Of a stretch of DNA of 32,000 nt, positions 6,942 to 15,559 are shown piece after piece (position 1 is the stretch's first letter; each line of letters starts with the position of its first letter). Source of the DNA: an uncultured archaeon. GTDB lineage: Archaea > Iainarchaeota > Iainarchaeia > Iainarchaeales > CSSED10-239. The DNA is taken from NCBI GenBank assembly GCA_964496765.1, contig CAZCAP010000008.1, forward strand, positions 1 through 32,000. The letters are read 5' to 3'. The notes below the pieces were generated by a model. It searched no databases. It was given only the letters and a program-made list of their open reading frames with translations, and had not been told where the DNA came from. The translations under genes were made by a program, and so were the position numbers.

Positions 6942-8834
6942 TTATCTTAGTCTTACACTCTCAAGATTCTGAATGGACATTGTATTAATATGGAACTTCT
7001 TTTGAAGGAACTTACCAAATTCTGGACAAGAATCACCATGATTAACAAGTATGTCCTTTGGTTTTGGATGAAGAGTTGCTATGTAGTTTAATAGTTCCTG
7101 TCTATAGGCATGACCAGAGAATGCATCTGCAGTCTCAATTCTCATATTTACATTCAATGTTTTTGTTTTGTTATTGGAATCTGCTATTGGCATTGATTTT
7201 AGTCCTCTTTGTATCTTGTAACCCAATGAATTTCTTGCTTGGTAACCAACGAATGCAAGAGTGTTGTTTGGATTATCAGCAAGCTCATAGAAGTATCCGA
7301 GAGATGGACCACCAGTTAGCATTCCTGATGATGCAATTATAACTGCTCCCTTTGTGTTAATTACTGCTTCCCTATTATTTTCCACATTGTCAACGGTTTT
7401 GAATAACTTGGATTGGAAAGGTGAGTTGTTTTGTAAGATTCTTGTTTTTATGTTTTGTTTTAAATATTCTGGGTAGACAGTGTGTATTGCTGATGCTTCG
7501 CGTGTCATTCCATCAATGAATACGTTTTCTGTTTTTAGCTTACCATGTCTATAGAATTCTTCAAGAACAAGCATAACCTCCTGAGCACGACCAACAGAGA
7601 AAACAGGAATTAAAGTTATTCCACCCTTGTCTGTTGTTTCATTAATTAAATCAATTAAATCCTGTTCAGATTTCATTCTTGATGGCATAATAAGCTTACC
7701 ACCATAGGTTGATTCAACAATTAGGGTTTCAAGACGAGGATAGCTAGCATCCATGTTATTGAAAAGTCTTGTAAATCCAAACTTAATGTCTCCTGAGTAA
7801 ACTAAATTTAGTTTACCTTCACCTATGTGGAGATGAGCTGAGGCTGAACCAAGAATGTGTGCTGATGAATGGAAGGTTAATCTTATTCCAGGAGCTATGT
7901 CTGTTACTTCTCTAAAGTTTCTTGTAACACAATGTTTAATTGTTTCCTTAACATCCTCTTCATCATATAGTGGTTCTCTTCCACTCTTGACTGAAACATC
8001 AATTGCATCAAACAATAATAGAGCCATCAGGTCTCTTGTGGGCTCTGTACAATAAACTGGGCCCTTGTACCCTGCTTTAAACAAGTAGGGAAGGAAACCA
8101 GTGTGATCAATGTGTGCATGTGTAATAACAACAGCATCAAGCTCATCAAGTGGAAATCTTAGAACCCCAAGGAAAGGAGTTTCTTCCTGCCTATCAGCTT
8201 GATTAATTCCACAGTCCATAAGTATTTTTGTGTCCGGTGTTTCAAGTAGAATTGAACTTCTTCCAACTTCCTGGAAACCACCTAGCGCAGTAACTCTTAC
8301 CCAATCCTTGTTGCTAACTGGGGGAGAATAGATTTTTTTTGCAACCTCTTTTAGGAAGTTTTTTCTTTCCTGACTATACTTTAATGTAAAACCTCTAACC
8401 TTTTTAAGAATTTCAGAAGGCTCTGTTGGAGCTCTTAGTATCTTTGGTATCCATTTTGTTTCTGTGATTATGTCCTTTGAAACCTGACCAAGCTTGCCTA
8501 TTACAACCCCTGGCTTATGAGCTTCAATAACAACCTCAGAGAAAACAGGATCAAAGAAAAGAGATTTAACTCCAGCATCTTCTGGAATTAATTGCTTTAT
8601 TTTTTGTAGAGCTTCAGCAGGATCCATGAGAACAGATTTCTCTGATCTTACGTTAATTCTTTTCTTGAAAGCTTCTGCGATTTCTCCAACAACACTTTTA
8701 TTATCAAAATAGATTTCAGGTGTTGTTGTGTAGATTGCAATCTCACTTCCTTCTGCTTCAACCTTTGTATAGTTTACTTTTTTTTCATCAAGCATTAGCA
8801 TGATTCTTTTTTTTATATCATCAAATATATCCAT
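6942..8834 (-). CDS. aCPSF1 (FttA-type) KH-domain + metallo-beta-lactamase / beta-CASP ribonuclease, archaeal transcription termination / RNA processing factor
   Basis: 630 aa. N-terminal KH-like region (VVIGKLGQVSKDII), MBL motif VVITHAHIDHTGFLPYL, and beta-CASP region with a C-terminal VNHGD. Length is typical of aCPSF1. Confidence 0.9.
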   Translation of the reverse strand: MDIFDDIKKRIMLMLDEKKVNYTKVEAEGSEIAIYTTTPEIYFDNKSVVGEIAEAFKKRINVRSEKSVLMDPAEALQKIKQLIPEDAGVKSLFFDPVFSEVVIEAHKPGVVIGKLGQVSKDIITETKWIPKILRAPTEPSEILKKVRGFTLKYSQERKNFLKEVAKKIYSPPVSNKDWVRVTALGGFQEVGRSSILLETPDTKILMDCGINQADRQEETPFLGVLRFPLDELDAVVITHAHIDHTGFLPYLFKAGYKGPVYCTEPTRDLMALLLFDAIDVSVKSGREPLYDEEDVKETIKHCVTRNFREVTDIAPGIRLTFHSSAHILGSASAHLHIGEGKLNLVYSGDIKFGFTRLFNNMDASYPRLETLIVESTYGGKLIMPSRMKSEQDLIDLINETTDKGGITLIPVFSVGRAQEVMLVLEEFYRHGKLKTENVFIDGMTREASAIHTVYPEYLKQNIKTRILQNNSPFQSKLFKTVDNVENNREAVINTKGAVIIASSGMLTGGPSLGYFYELADNPNNTLAFVGYQARNSLGYKIQRGLKSMPIADSNNKTKTLNVNMRIETADAFSGHAYRQELLNYIATLHPKPKDILVNHGDSCPEFGKFLQKKFHINTMSIQNLESVRLR

Positions 8835-8966
8835 ATTATTTTCACTTAAATTTTGTTTTATTAGTTACCACTGTAGCTATAACCTTTTATTTTATTGTTT
8901 ACTTAATTAGTTTAGATAATTAACTTATTTTGTTAATTATCCAATTAGAAAAATTGTTTATTAAAT

Positions 8967-9572
8967 TTATTCATATTTTACAACAGGGAGTTCTTCGATC
9001 TCGTTCTTTTTAATAACAACAACCTTAACCCCATCTCCGCCAGAAAAGATATCTCTCTTCTTTGCAGCATTAATTGCACTAACTGCAATCTTAATAGCTT
9101 CCTGTGTGCTTAGGTTTTCTTTATAGTTTGCATCAATGGTTGATAGTGCAAGTTCTGTTCCTGAACCTGATGCAGTATATTTCTTTTCTTCAATTATTCC
9201 ACCAGCAAGATCAAGAGAATACATTGTAAACCCATCAGCGCTTCCTGCAAGAATGAATTGAGTATAGAAGGGCATCATCTTGTTTGAGTTTAGAATGTTT
9301 GATAAAAGAGTACCGCATGCTTTTGTGCTCATGCTTCTCTTGTGCTCAAGCTCATAGAGGTTTGCTTGGACCTTTAGATGTCTAACAAGAACAAGGGAAT
9401 CTCCAACCCCACCAGCAATTGTCATTGCAATGTAGTTGTTTATCTTGTATATCTTTGTAACATCAGTGTTTGATGCAAGACTACCCATTGTTCCTTTCAT
9501 GTCCGCAGCAAGAACTATTGCGTCCTTAGCAATTATTCCAACTGTGGTTGTTCCTGTTTTATAACTATCCAA
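8967..9572 (-). CDS. psmB: Proteasome subunit beta (short propeptide, Thr1 active site)
   Basis: (M)DSYKTG|TTTVGIIAKDAIVLAADMKGT is the Ntn-hydrolase beta-subunit signature. TTG start at 9572, preceded by AAGGTGA plus a 6-nt spacer. A stop lies 2 codons upstream, which excludes a longer ORF. Confidence 0.9.
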   Translation of the reverse strand: MDSYKTGTTTVGIIAKDAIVLAADMKGTMGSLASNTDVTKIYKINNYIAMTIAGGVGDSLVLVRHLKVQANLYELEHKRSMSTKACGTLLSNILNSNKMMPFYTQFILAGSADGFTMYSLDLAGGIIEEKKYTASGSGTELALSTIDANYKENLSTQEAIKIAVSAINAAKKRDIFSGGDGVKVVVIKKNEIEELPVVKYE

Positions 9573-9590
9573 AGCAATTCACCTTTTAGT

Positions 9591-10277
9591 TTATTTGTTT
9601 TCCTTTCTTAAAAAAGTTTGTGAGAATTTAATCTTATTTAATTTAGTTGAAGTAAGAACCATTTCTGCAAATAATTCTTTGAAGTAATCAAACTCCTTTG
9701 GTAATCCAATTGGAAGTTCAATCTCAATTAATTTTTCTGCATCTATTATTTGGTATTTTAGATGTTCTGGTTTCATGAAATAGAATACTTTTTGAACAAT
9801 GATTGGTATTTTCTCATTATCTTCCTTATATATTTTATTTACTGTGATTGTGTATTCTAGGTTTCTACCAGCAAAGATTGGATTGAAATCAACCTTAACT
9901 CTTCCACCAGAAACAGAAATAACTTTTCCTGATTGGTTACCAATTGTTACCTGCATACCTGGTTCTGGTTTTATCTTATCTTCTTTAAAATCATTTAGAG
10001 GAACTATTTTTGTGTTGTTTGGATTTCTGTCTCCAAAAGCATCCTTTTTCAATAGAACAAAGGTATGTGTTTTTCCTGCTTCAACCTCTTTTATCTTGTC
10101 TTCAACAGCAGGAAGAAGTTCATTTGTTCCAAAAACAGCTCTAATTGGTTTATAATCTGCTTTTACATTAAGATCATTTTCCTTTGCAAACTTTTCAAAG
10201 GTTGTATCCAGTAGTTCCTTTGAATCATTATCTTTTAAAATTAAGTCAATCTCTATTATATCGCCTTTTGTTATCAT
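9591..10277 (-). CDS. FKBP-type peptidyl-prolyl cis-trans isomerase (long archaeal SlyD/FKBP26-like form)
   Basis: 228 aa. GTNELLPAVEDKIKEVEAGKTHTFVL..KDAFGDRNP....VPL..F...GMQV......GKVISVSGGRVKVDFNPIFAGRNLEYTITV matches the FKBP plus IF-insert pattern. Confidence 0.85.
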   Translation of the reverse strand: MITKGDIIEIDLILKDNDSKELLDTTFEKFAKENDLNVKADYKPIRAVFGTNELLPAVEDKIKEVEAGKTHTFVLLKKDAFGDRNPNNTKIVPLNDFKEDKIKPEPGMQVTIGNQSGKVISVSGGRVKVDFNPIFAGRNLEYTITVNKIYKEDNEKIPIIVQKVFYFMKPEHLKYQIIDAEKLIEIELPIGLPKEFDYFKELFAEMVLTSTKLNKIKFSQTFLRKENK

Positions 10278-10389
10278 TTTCTATCATTTCCTTTTTATTT
10301 AATTATAAACCTCTTAAACCTAAAGAGTAGATATAAAAGTTAAACTAGTATCATAAAATTAGAATTTTAATAATATATTTAGGAAACAA

Positions 10390-10406
10390 ATAGCTTAAAA
10401 AGCTAT
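10390..10406 (-). terminator. Hairpin atagctt-aaa-aagctat followed (minus strand) by a T-rich run; possible terminator of the Bro-N gene
   Basis: 7-bp perfect stem with a 3-nt loop, 68 nt downstream of the stop at 10474. The minus-strand continuation is ttgtttcc. The call is weak because archaeal terminators are mainly oligo-T. Confidence 0.3.
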
Positions 10407-10473
10407 CCCTAGACCTGAAAATACAAATAATTAGGGGTTATTTAGAGACGTATATCCTTTTTTGAAGAAGGTA

Positions 10474-11322
10474 TTAGTGTTTTTCTATTCTTTTTCTGTT
10501 TGTTAGATCAAACCTATTCTCCTTTGAAACAACCTTCTTTTTAATTATTGATTCTAGCTCCTTTCTTGCATTTCCAGAAACTGTTCCACCATCATTTGCA
10601 TCTTTCTTAAGATTTGGAAAATCCTTTGAATCTCTTTCTTTTGTTATTTCTTTTGTGCTTAGTTCTCCAAGCATTGTAAAAACAAGTTCCACATCAGTCA
10701 TATTATCCCTTATATTTTGGTTTTTAAACCTAGGATCTAAGTTTTTTATTATTTTATGTTCTTTTGTGGTTACATCAAAAGTGGCTTTTGAGATTTCATC
10801 AGTTAATATCGCATAATCCTTACTTTTCTTAATTCCTCTTTTGTTCCATTCATCAGTTAAGTCTAATCTAATTATTGTTCCTCTTATTCTTTTTGCAATC
10901 CAGTCTTCTGAGTATCCTTTGATTTCATAATACCTTTTTGCTCTTGAATATAATAATTCAGGATTTTCAATCTCCTGTATTCTCTCATAACCTGTTTTTG
11001 CTAGCCATAATTTAAATGGTTCTGCTTTCTTAGATGGAATTGATTGAATAATTCTAAATAGGCCTTCTGTGTTTGAACAATCTGTTTCTCTTAATTTACC
11101 ATCTTCTGCAAATAATTTCAACTGTACGATTTTATCGTACTGTTCAATGCCTCCCTCTTCCTTAATCTTGATTTTTAGATCTGACCAATACCTTCTTGGC
11201 TCTGAACTTTCAGTTAATGCACCAACCACATCAACAACTGAAAACCACCATTCTTCATTATACCATGTTCTTCTAATTCTTTTTGTTTCAAAAACAGCTA
11301 TTGCATTTTCCTTATCTCTCAC
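10474..11322 (-). CDS. Bro-N domain protein with DinD (DNA-damage-inducible protein D)-like C-terminal region; a family common on phages, plasmids and islands
   Basis: IRRTWYNEEWWFSVVDVVGALTESSEPRRYWSDLK...LFRIIQSIPSKKAEPFKLWLAKTGYERIQEIENPE fits the Bro-N pattern. The C-terminal half (YAILTDEISKATF....NIRDNMTDVELVFTMLGELSTKEI...GGTVSGNARKELE) resembles DinD-type proteins. The track ORF extends to ATG 11412, but GTG at 11322 is preceded by GGAGAGGTGA plus 5 nt, and the extension (MCFNLICLDTHPLQKRY...) overlaps the conserved upstream motif, so I prefer 11322. Confidence 0.75.
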   Translation of the reverse strand: MRDKENAIAVFETKRIRRTWYNEEWWFSVVDVVGALTESSEPRRYWSDLKIKIKEEGGIEQYDKIVQLKLFAEDGKLRETDCSNTEGLFRIIQSIPSKKAEPFKLWLAKTGYERIQEIENPELLYSRAKRYYEIKGYSEDWIAKRIRGTIIRLDLTDEWNKRGIKKSKDYAILTDEISKATFDVTTKEHKIIKNLDPRFKNQNIRDNMTDVELVFTMLGELSTKEITKERDSKDFPNLKKDANDGGTVSGNARKELESIIKKKVVSKENRFDLTNRKRIEKH

Positions 11323-11359
11323 TTCACTCACCTCTCCATATATATTATGTTTTAGGAAT

Positions 11360-11398
11360 GTATATCTTTTTTGGAGGGGGTGCGTGTCCAAGCAAATT
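11360..11398 (-). promoter_or_regulatory. Copy 2 of the shared upstream element: TATA-like gtatatc plus GC-rich core ggagggggt-N4-gtccaagcaaa (core 11373-11396), upstream of the Bro-N gene and in the divergent spacer with hel308
   Basis: See copy 1 (1163-1203). The 9-nt and 11-nt blocks are identical and the 4-nt spacer length is conserved. Confidence 0.6.
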
Positions 11399-11457
11399 AG
11401 GTTAAAACACATAAAAAACCATAATAATATATTAAGTTACATAAATATATATGTTAT

Positions 11458-13674
11458 ATGAATAATAATGAAATAATAGAGAAGATACTTGAAATTAATG
11501 AATATTCTTCTCTAAACCCAGTTCAGGAGAAGGCATCAAAGCACATTGGTGAAAGTTTAATTGTGTGTTCTCCAACAGCTTCTGGAAAAACAACTATTTT
11601 TGAACTATACTTACTTGATACAATCATAAATAGAAAGAAAAAAGTAGTTTACATCTCTCCTCTCAGGGCATTAACAAGTGAACATTATTTTGAAACTAGG
11701 AGAAAGTTCGCAAAGGAATTTGATTTAAAAATAGGATTATCAACAGGTGATCTTGATGAGTCTGTTAAGCACTTAGAGGGATATGATGTTCTTTTCCTAA
11801 CCTATGAAAAGTTTGATTCAATTATTCGTCATTCTCCCACATGGTTATCAGAAGTTGGATTATTAACCATTGATGAGATTCACGAAATTGGATCTGATAG
11901 GGGATCAACCCTTGAGGTTCTTTTAACACAGGTGAAAATAAATTATCCAGATATTAAGATGCTGGGGTTATCAGCAACCATTGGAAACCCTAATGAGGTT
12001 GCTTCATGGTTATCAGCTAAACTAATAAGATCAGACTATAGGCCAGTTCCTCTTGAAGTGGGAGTGCTCTATGATAATAAGCTTTATTTTGGAGAGCAAG
12101 TAATCAAGCTTGAGAACATTAAGAAGGATCATTCTCTTAATGGAATAATTAAAGATACATTAATTAAACAGAAACAAATAATTGTTTTTTGTAATTCAAG
12201 AAAAAGCACAATATCCTTATCAGAAAAATATTCAAGAGAGGTTTATTCTTTATTAAAGAATGAAGAAAAAGAAAAATTAAAAATGGTTTCAAGAAACGCG
12301 CTCTCTGCTCTCGAATCACCAACCAAGCAATGCTCTCTTCTTTCAAATGTTCTATCTTTTGGGGTTTGCTTTCATCATGCAGGACTTGTTTCAAAGCAAA
12401 GGCACCTAATTGAAGATGAATTTAAGAAAGGAAATATTAAAATTATATTTGCAACCCCTACTCTTGCTGCTGGAATAAATCTTCCTGCTTTTAGGGTTGT
12501 TATTAATTCAATCTATAGATTTAACTTAACTGGATCTGCACCTTTAGCTGTTAATGAGATTATGCAAATGGTTGGAAGAGCAGGCAGACCAAGATATGAT
12601 AAATCTGGGGAAGCATTAATTGTTGCAACAAAGGAAACGGACATAAATAAAATCTATGGATCATATATTAACGCAGAACCAACTAACATTGATTCACAAT
12701 TATCTAAAATAAACAAACTAAGAGCACAATTGTTATCAATAATTATTACAAACAATATAGAAAGCATAGATGATATTAATAAATTTATTTCAAAAACATT
12801 TTATTATAAGATATTTGGATCAACAAGCGAGATTAAGGAAAACATTAGAGATATAGTTAATGAATTTATTGAATATGGGTTTGTTGAAAAAAAAGAAAAA
12901 AACAAAATCAGAATAACTGATCTTGGAAAAAAAGTATCTTTGCTTTATCTTGATCCAACCTCTGCTCATAGAATCATTGAGGATCTTGAAATTAAACAGG
13001 AAAAGCTTGAAAAGATAAATGATTTATCTCTATTGTTAACTCTTCTTAACACAACTGAGCTCTCTCCCTATCTTAATTACAAGGATGATAAGGAGGATAA
13101 TTTGTTTACAATGTTTGAAGAACTAAAGCAAACAATCTTTTTTGATTATGAAGATATTTACCTTCTTTCAAAGCTTTATGAAGCAAAGATGTTAAAGGAT
13201 TGGATAAATGAAGTTTCTGAGGATAAGATAATTGATGAATACAACACATCTCCTGGACAAATAAGAGACATATTAACAAGAAGTGAATGGATTATTCATT
13301 GTATATTGGAGTTGTGCAAGTTTACTGGAAAGAATATTCATTTATTTAAGATGTTTAAAGATTTGAAATTAAGATTAAAGTATGGAATCTCACAGGAATT
13401 AGTTTCTCTAGTAGAATTAAAAAATATTGGAAGAGTAAGAGCAAGAGCATTATTTTCAAGAGGAATGAAAACATCAAATGATATTAGAAAGGATCCAGAT
13501 AAGTTCATATCAATTGTTGGAAGACCAGGTCTTATTACACTCGAAGAACTAAAGATAGAATACAGGAAAGAAGTGAAAGAACAAAAAGAAGAAGTTGTTT
13601 CAAAACCAATTGAAAAAAAAAAAGATAAAAAAGAAGAAAGCTATAAAAAACAAACTTCTCTTAAAGATTATTAG
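11458..13674 (+). CDS. hel308: Ski2-like superfamily-2 DNA helicase Hel308 (Hjm)
   Basis: 738 aa. Motif I SPTASGKT, motif II DEIH, motif III SATIGN, motif VI MQMVGRAGRPRYD. The C-terminal winged-helix / ratchet / HhH-like region and the length are typical of Hel308. Confidence 0.9.
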   Translation: MNNNEIIEKILEINEYSSLNPVQEKASKHIGESLIVCSPTASGKTTIFELYLLDTIINRKKKVVYISPLRALTSEHYFETRRKFAKEFDLKIGLSTGDLDESVKHLEGYDVLFLTYEKFDSIIRHSPTWLSEVGLLTIDEIHEIGSDRGSTLEVLLTQVKINYPDIKMLGLSATIGNPNEVASWLSAKLIRSDYRPVPLEVGVLYDNKLYFGEQVIKLENIKKDHSLNGIIKDTLIKQKQIIVFCNSRKSTISLSEKYSREVYSLLKNEEKEKLKMVSRNALSALESPTKQCSLLSNVLSFGVCFHHAGLVSKQRHLIEDEFKKGNIKIIFATPTLAAGINLPAFRVVINSIYRFNLTGSAPLAVNEIMQMVGRAGRPRYDKSGEALIVATKETDINKIYGSYINAEPTNIDSQLSKINKLRAQLLSIIITNNIESIDDINKFISKTFYYKIFGSTSEIKENIRDIVNEFIEYGFVEKKEKNKIRITDLGKKVSLLYLDPTSAHRIIEDLEIKQEKLEKINDLSLLLTLLNTTELSPYLNYKDDKEDNLFTMFEELKQTIFFDYEDIYLLSKLYEAKMLKDWINEVSEDKIIDEYNTSPGQIRDILTRSEWIIHCILELCKFTGKNIHLFKMFKDLKLRLKYGISQELVSLVELKNIGRVRARALFSRGMKTSNDIRKDPDKFISIVGRPGLITLEELKIEYRKEVKEQKEEVVSKPIEKKKDKKEESYKKQTSLKDY

Positions 13675-13686
13675 GAAAAGAATATT

Positions 13687-13758
13687 GCAGCTATAGTCTA
13701 GTGGTTAGGATGTAAGCTTCCCAAGCTTGAGACCCGAGTTCGAATCTCGGTAGCTGCA
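13687..13758 (+). tRNA. tRNA-Gly, anticodon CCC; no encoded CCA
   Basis: GCAGCTA TA GTCT AGTGGTTA GGAT G TAAGC TTCCCAA GCTTG AGAC CCGAG TTCGAAT CTCGG TAGCTGC A. This is a 72-nt cloverleaf with G-U pairs in the D and anticodon stems. Confidence 0.9.
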
Positions 13759-13775
13759 CGTTGTGTTTAGAATCA

Positions 13776-14354
13776 ATGGTAATTATCATGGAACTTGGAA
13801 AAACATTATATGTTACGACCAGACAGGAATGGCGAGCATGGCTTGCAAAAAACCATAACAAGAAAAATGAACTTTGGTTGGTGTACTATAGAAAATCTTC
13901 TGGTAAATCACGAATTCCATATAATGTTGCTGTAGAAGAAGCACTCTGTTATGGTTGGATTGATAGTATAATTAAAAAAGTTGATGAAAACTCGTTTGCA
14001 CAGAGATTCACTCCAAGGAAACCAACAAGTCAACTTTCTGAACTAAACAAAGAAAGGATTAAAAGGCTAATTAAACAAAATCAAATGACACCCATGGGAT
14101 TAAAAGCAATACAGCACGCATTTAATCCAAAAAAAGAAAAAAAGTTTATTGTTCCAAAACAAATACTTGCAGAAATAAAAAAAGAACCAGATGCATGGAA
14201 AAACTTTCAAAAAATGCCTCTCTGGTATAAAAAAATAAGAATAAGCTATATTGGATCTAGTGAACAGCAAGAAAAGAAAATATTTGAAAAAAGACTAAAT
14301 TACTTTATAAAAATGACAGGAAAAAATAAAAGATTTGGTTTCTTAAAAGACTAA
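13776..14354 (+). CDS. YdeI/OmpD-associated family protein (COG4430)
   Basis: TRQEWRAWLAKNH.....LWLVYYRKSSGKSRIPYNVAVEEALCYGWIDSIIKKVDENSFAQRFTPRKPTSQLSELN..RIKRLI.....TPMGL is the family pattern. The track start (13761) is a TTG 2 nt after the tRNA. The first ATG is 13776, with an alternative at 13788. Confidence 0.75.
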   Translation: MVIIMELGKTLYVTTRQEWRAWLAKNHNKKNELWLVYYRKSSGKSRIPYNVAVEEALCYGWIDSIIKKVDENSFAQRFTPRKPTSQLSELNKERIKRLIKQNQMTPMGLKAIQHAFNPKKEKKFIVPKQILAEIKKEPDAWKNFQKMPLWYKKIRISYIGSSEQQEKKIFEKRLNYFIKMTGKNKRFGFLKD

Positions 14355-14365
14355 AAATAAATCAA

Positions 14366-15148
14366 TTACAATCTTTTTATAAATATTTTTTCTGTTAATA
14401 TTTTGCTATCAAATTGATGTTCAAATTGAAATCCTCTTTTTTTAAAAGCTACTTTGACTTCATCATAAAACTTATTTAATTTTTTTCTAAAAATGATTGT
14501 TCGAAGATAATCAAATGGTTCAGTTAAAGTTAAGTCGGTTTTTGTAAATGTAATAAAAGCGCAACCTTCTTTGTTTAATGAATATGCGGTTTTTAAAAGC
14601 ACATTTTTTTTAAGTTCATCTAGTGTATACTGAAAACCACCATATGTTGAAAAAATAAGGTCTTGCTTTTTATCAGGAACAATACTTTTTGTTCCATTTT
14701 CATATTTCATTCTTTCAATTGGATTAACAATAATATGATCAATGTTTTTTGTTGAAGATAACTTCGTATCACTTGGATCAATAGTAATTCCAGTGGTTTC
14801 AACAATGTATTTGGATTGCAATTCTTTTTTTATTTCCTGTAGAAATTTACCTTCCCCAAGCCCTTCATCCATGATACGTAGTTTTTTGTGTTTAAAATTA
14901 GCATTTATGAATTCAATTAAATTTTTTTCTTTAAATAAGGATTTAAATATATAATTATATTCTTGCAATCCCTTGTTCTTATTCCATTTAAGTGGTTTAA
15001 ACCCATCACCAGGAATATATCTTTTTCTAATCTTTGCATTGTATTTTACATATTTTTTTCTAATTTCTTGTGTACGTAATTTTTTATAGATTTCTCTAAC
15101 TTGTAATTCTGCCATCCCTCCCTTAGGAATTTTTTTAATAAGCACCAT
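14366..15148 (-). CDS. Putative class I SAM-dependent methyltransferase with a Lys/Arg-rich N-terminal extension
   Basis: Motif order fits the Rossmann methyltransferase fold: motif I RIMDEGLGEGKFL, post-I ETTGITIDPSD, motif II QDLIFSTYG, motif III LNKEGCAFITF. No specific subfamily recognised. Confidence 0.55.
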   Translation of the reverse strand: MVLIKKIPKGGMAELQVREIYKKLRTQEIRKKYVKYNAKIRKRYIPGDGFKPLKWNKNKGLQEYNYIFKSLFKEKNLIEFINANFKHKKLRIMDEGLGEGKFLQEIKKELQSKYIVETTGITIDPSDTKLSSTKNIDHIIVNPIERMKYENGTKSIVPDKKQDLIFSTYGGFQYTLDELKKNVLLKTAYSLNKEGCAFITFTKTDLTLTEPFDYLRTIIFRKKLNKFYDEVKVAFKKRGFQFEHQFDSKILTEKIFIKRL

Positions 15149-15259
15149 ACACTATCAACCTATATATATTACGTTATCTAATGATTTAAAAACAAATCTT
15201 TCTAATTGAATTAATTTAAATTATATATTTTCACAACTTAAAAAAGAAAATAGATTAAC

Positions 15260-15529
15260 CTATTTTCTTAGTTTTGAAGCAAATCTTGCCCTAGCCTTTT
15301 TTTCTGAGAGCTTGTTAGCTTTCTCAGTTAATGAGGCCATCTTAATGGTTACCCACACAGCAATCACGGTTACAAGCACAGCATAAAAGATCATTGCAAA
15401 TAAACCACTTGCGGCTCCAAATACTCTTTTGAATATTTCTTGTATGGCTGTGTTCCATGCAAGTGCAGCAACCAATCCAAACGCAGCAATAATTAATGCG
15501 TTTAATTTTTCTAAAACTTCTTTATTCAT
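15260..15529 (-). CDS. Small two-TM membrane protein (DUF5654-like; AAFGLVAALAWN motif)
   Basis: 89 aa with two hydrophobic helices and a basic C-terminal tail. The motif recalls small uncharacterised membrane proteins of archaea and CPR bacteria. The family assignment is from memory only. Confidence 0.5.
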   Translation of the reverse strand: MNKEVLEKLNALIIAAFGLVAALAWNTAIQEIFKRVFGAASGLFAMIFYAVLVTVIAVWVTIKMASLTEKANKLSEKKARARFASKLRK

Positions 15530-15559
15530 GTTTACCTATCTCCTTTTATTAAATTTAAT

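Noticed and set aside
7058-8055. Plus-strand ORFs 7058-7342 and 7855-8055
   Set aside because: They are antisense to aCPSF1. The sequences are low-complexity with no recognisable domain.
9799-10155. Plus-strand ORF of 118 aa
   Set aside because: It is entirely antisense to the FKBP isomerase gene. The translation is Ser/Phe/Leu-rich without motifs.
11323-11412. N-terminal extension of the Bro-N ORF to ATG 11412 (MCFNLICLDTHPLQKRYTFLKHNIYGEVSE)
   Set aside because: The extension covers the conserved non-coding motif and TATA-like boxes and has no counterpart in my recollection of homologues. A GTG with a near-perfect SD at 11322 gives an N-terminus typical of the family. I kept the shorter model; the longer one is not strictly excluded.
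11069-11461. Plus-strand ORF of 130 aa spanning the Bro-N gene 5' region and the divergent spacer
   Set aside because: It is antisense to the Bro-N domain, runs through the promoter/motif region and ends at the hel308 start. It has no family resemblance.
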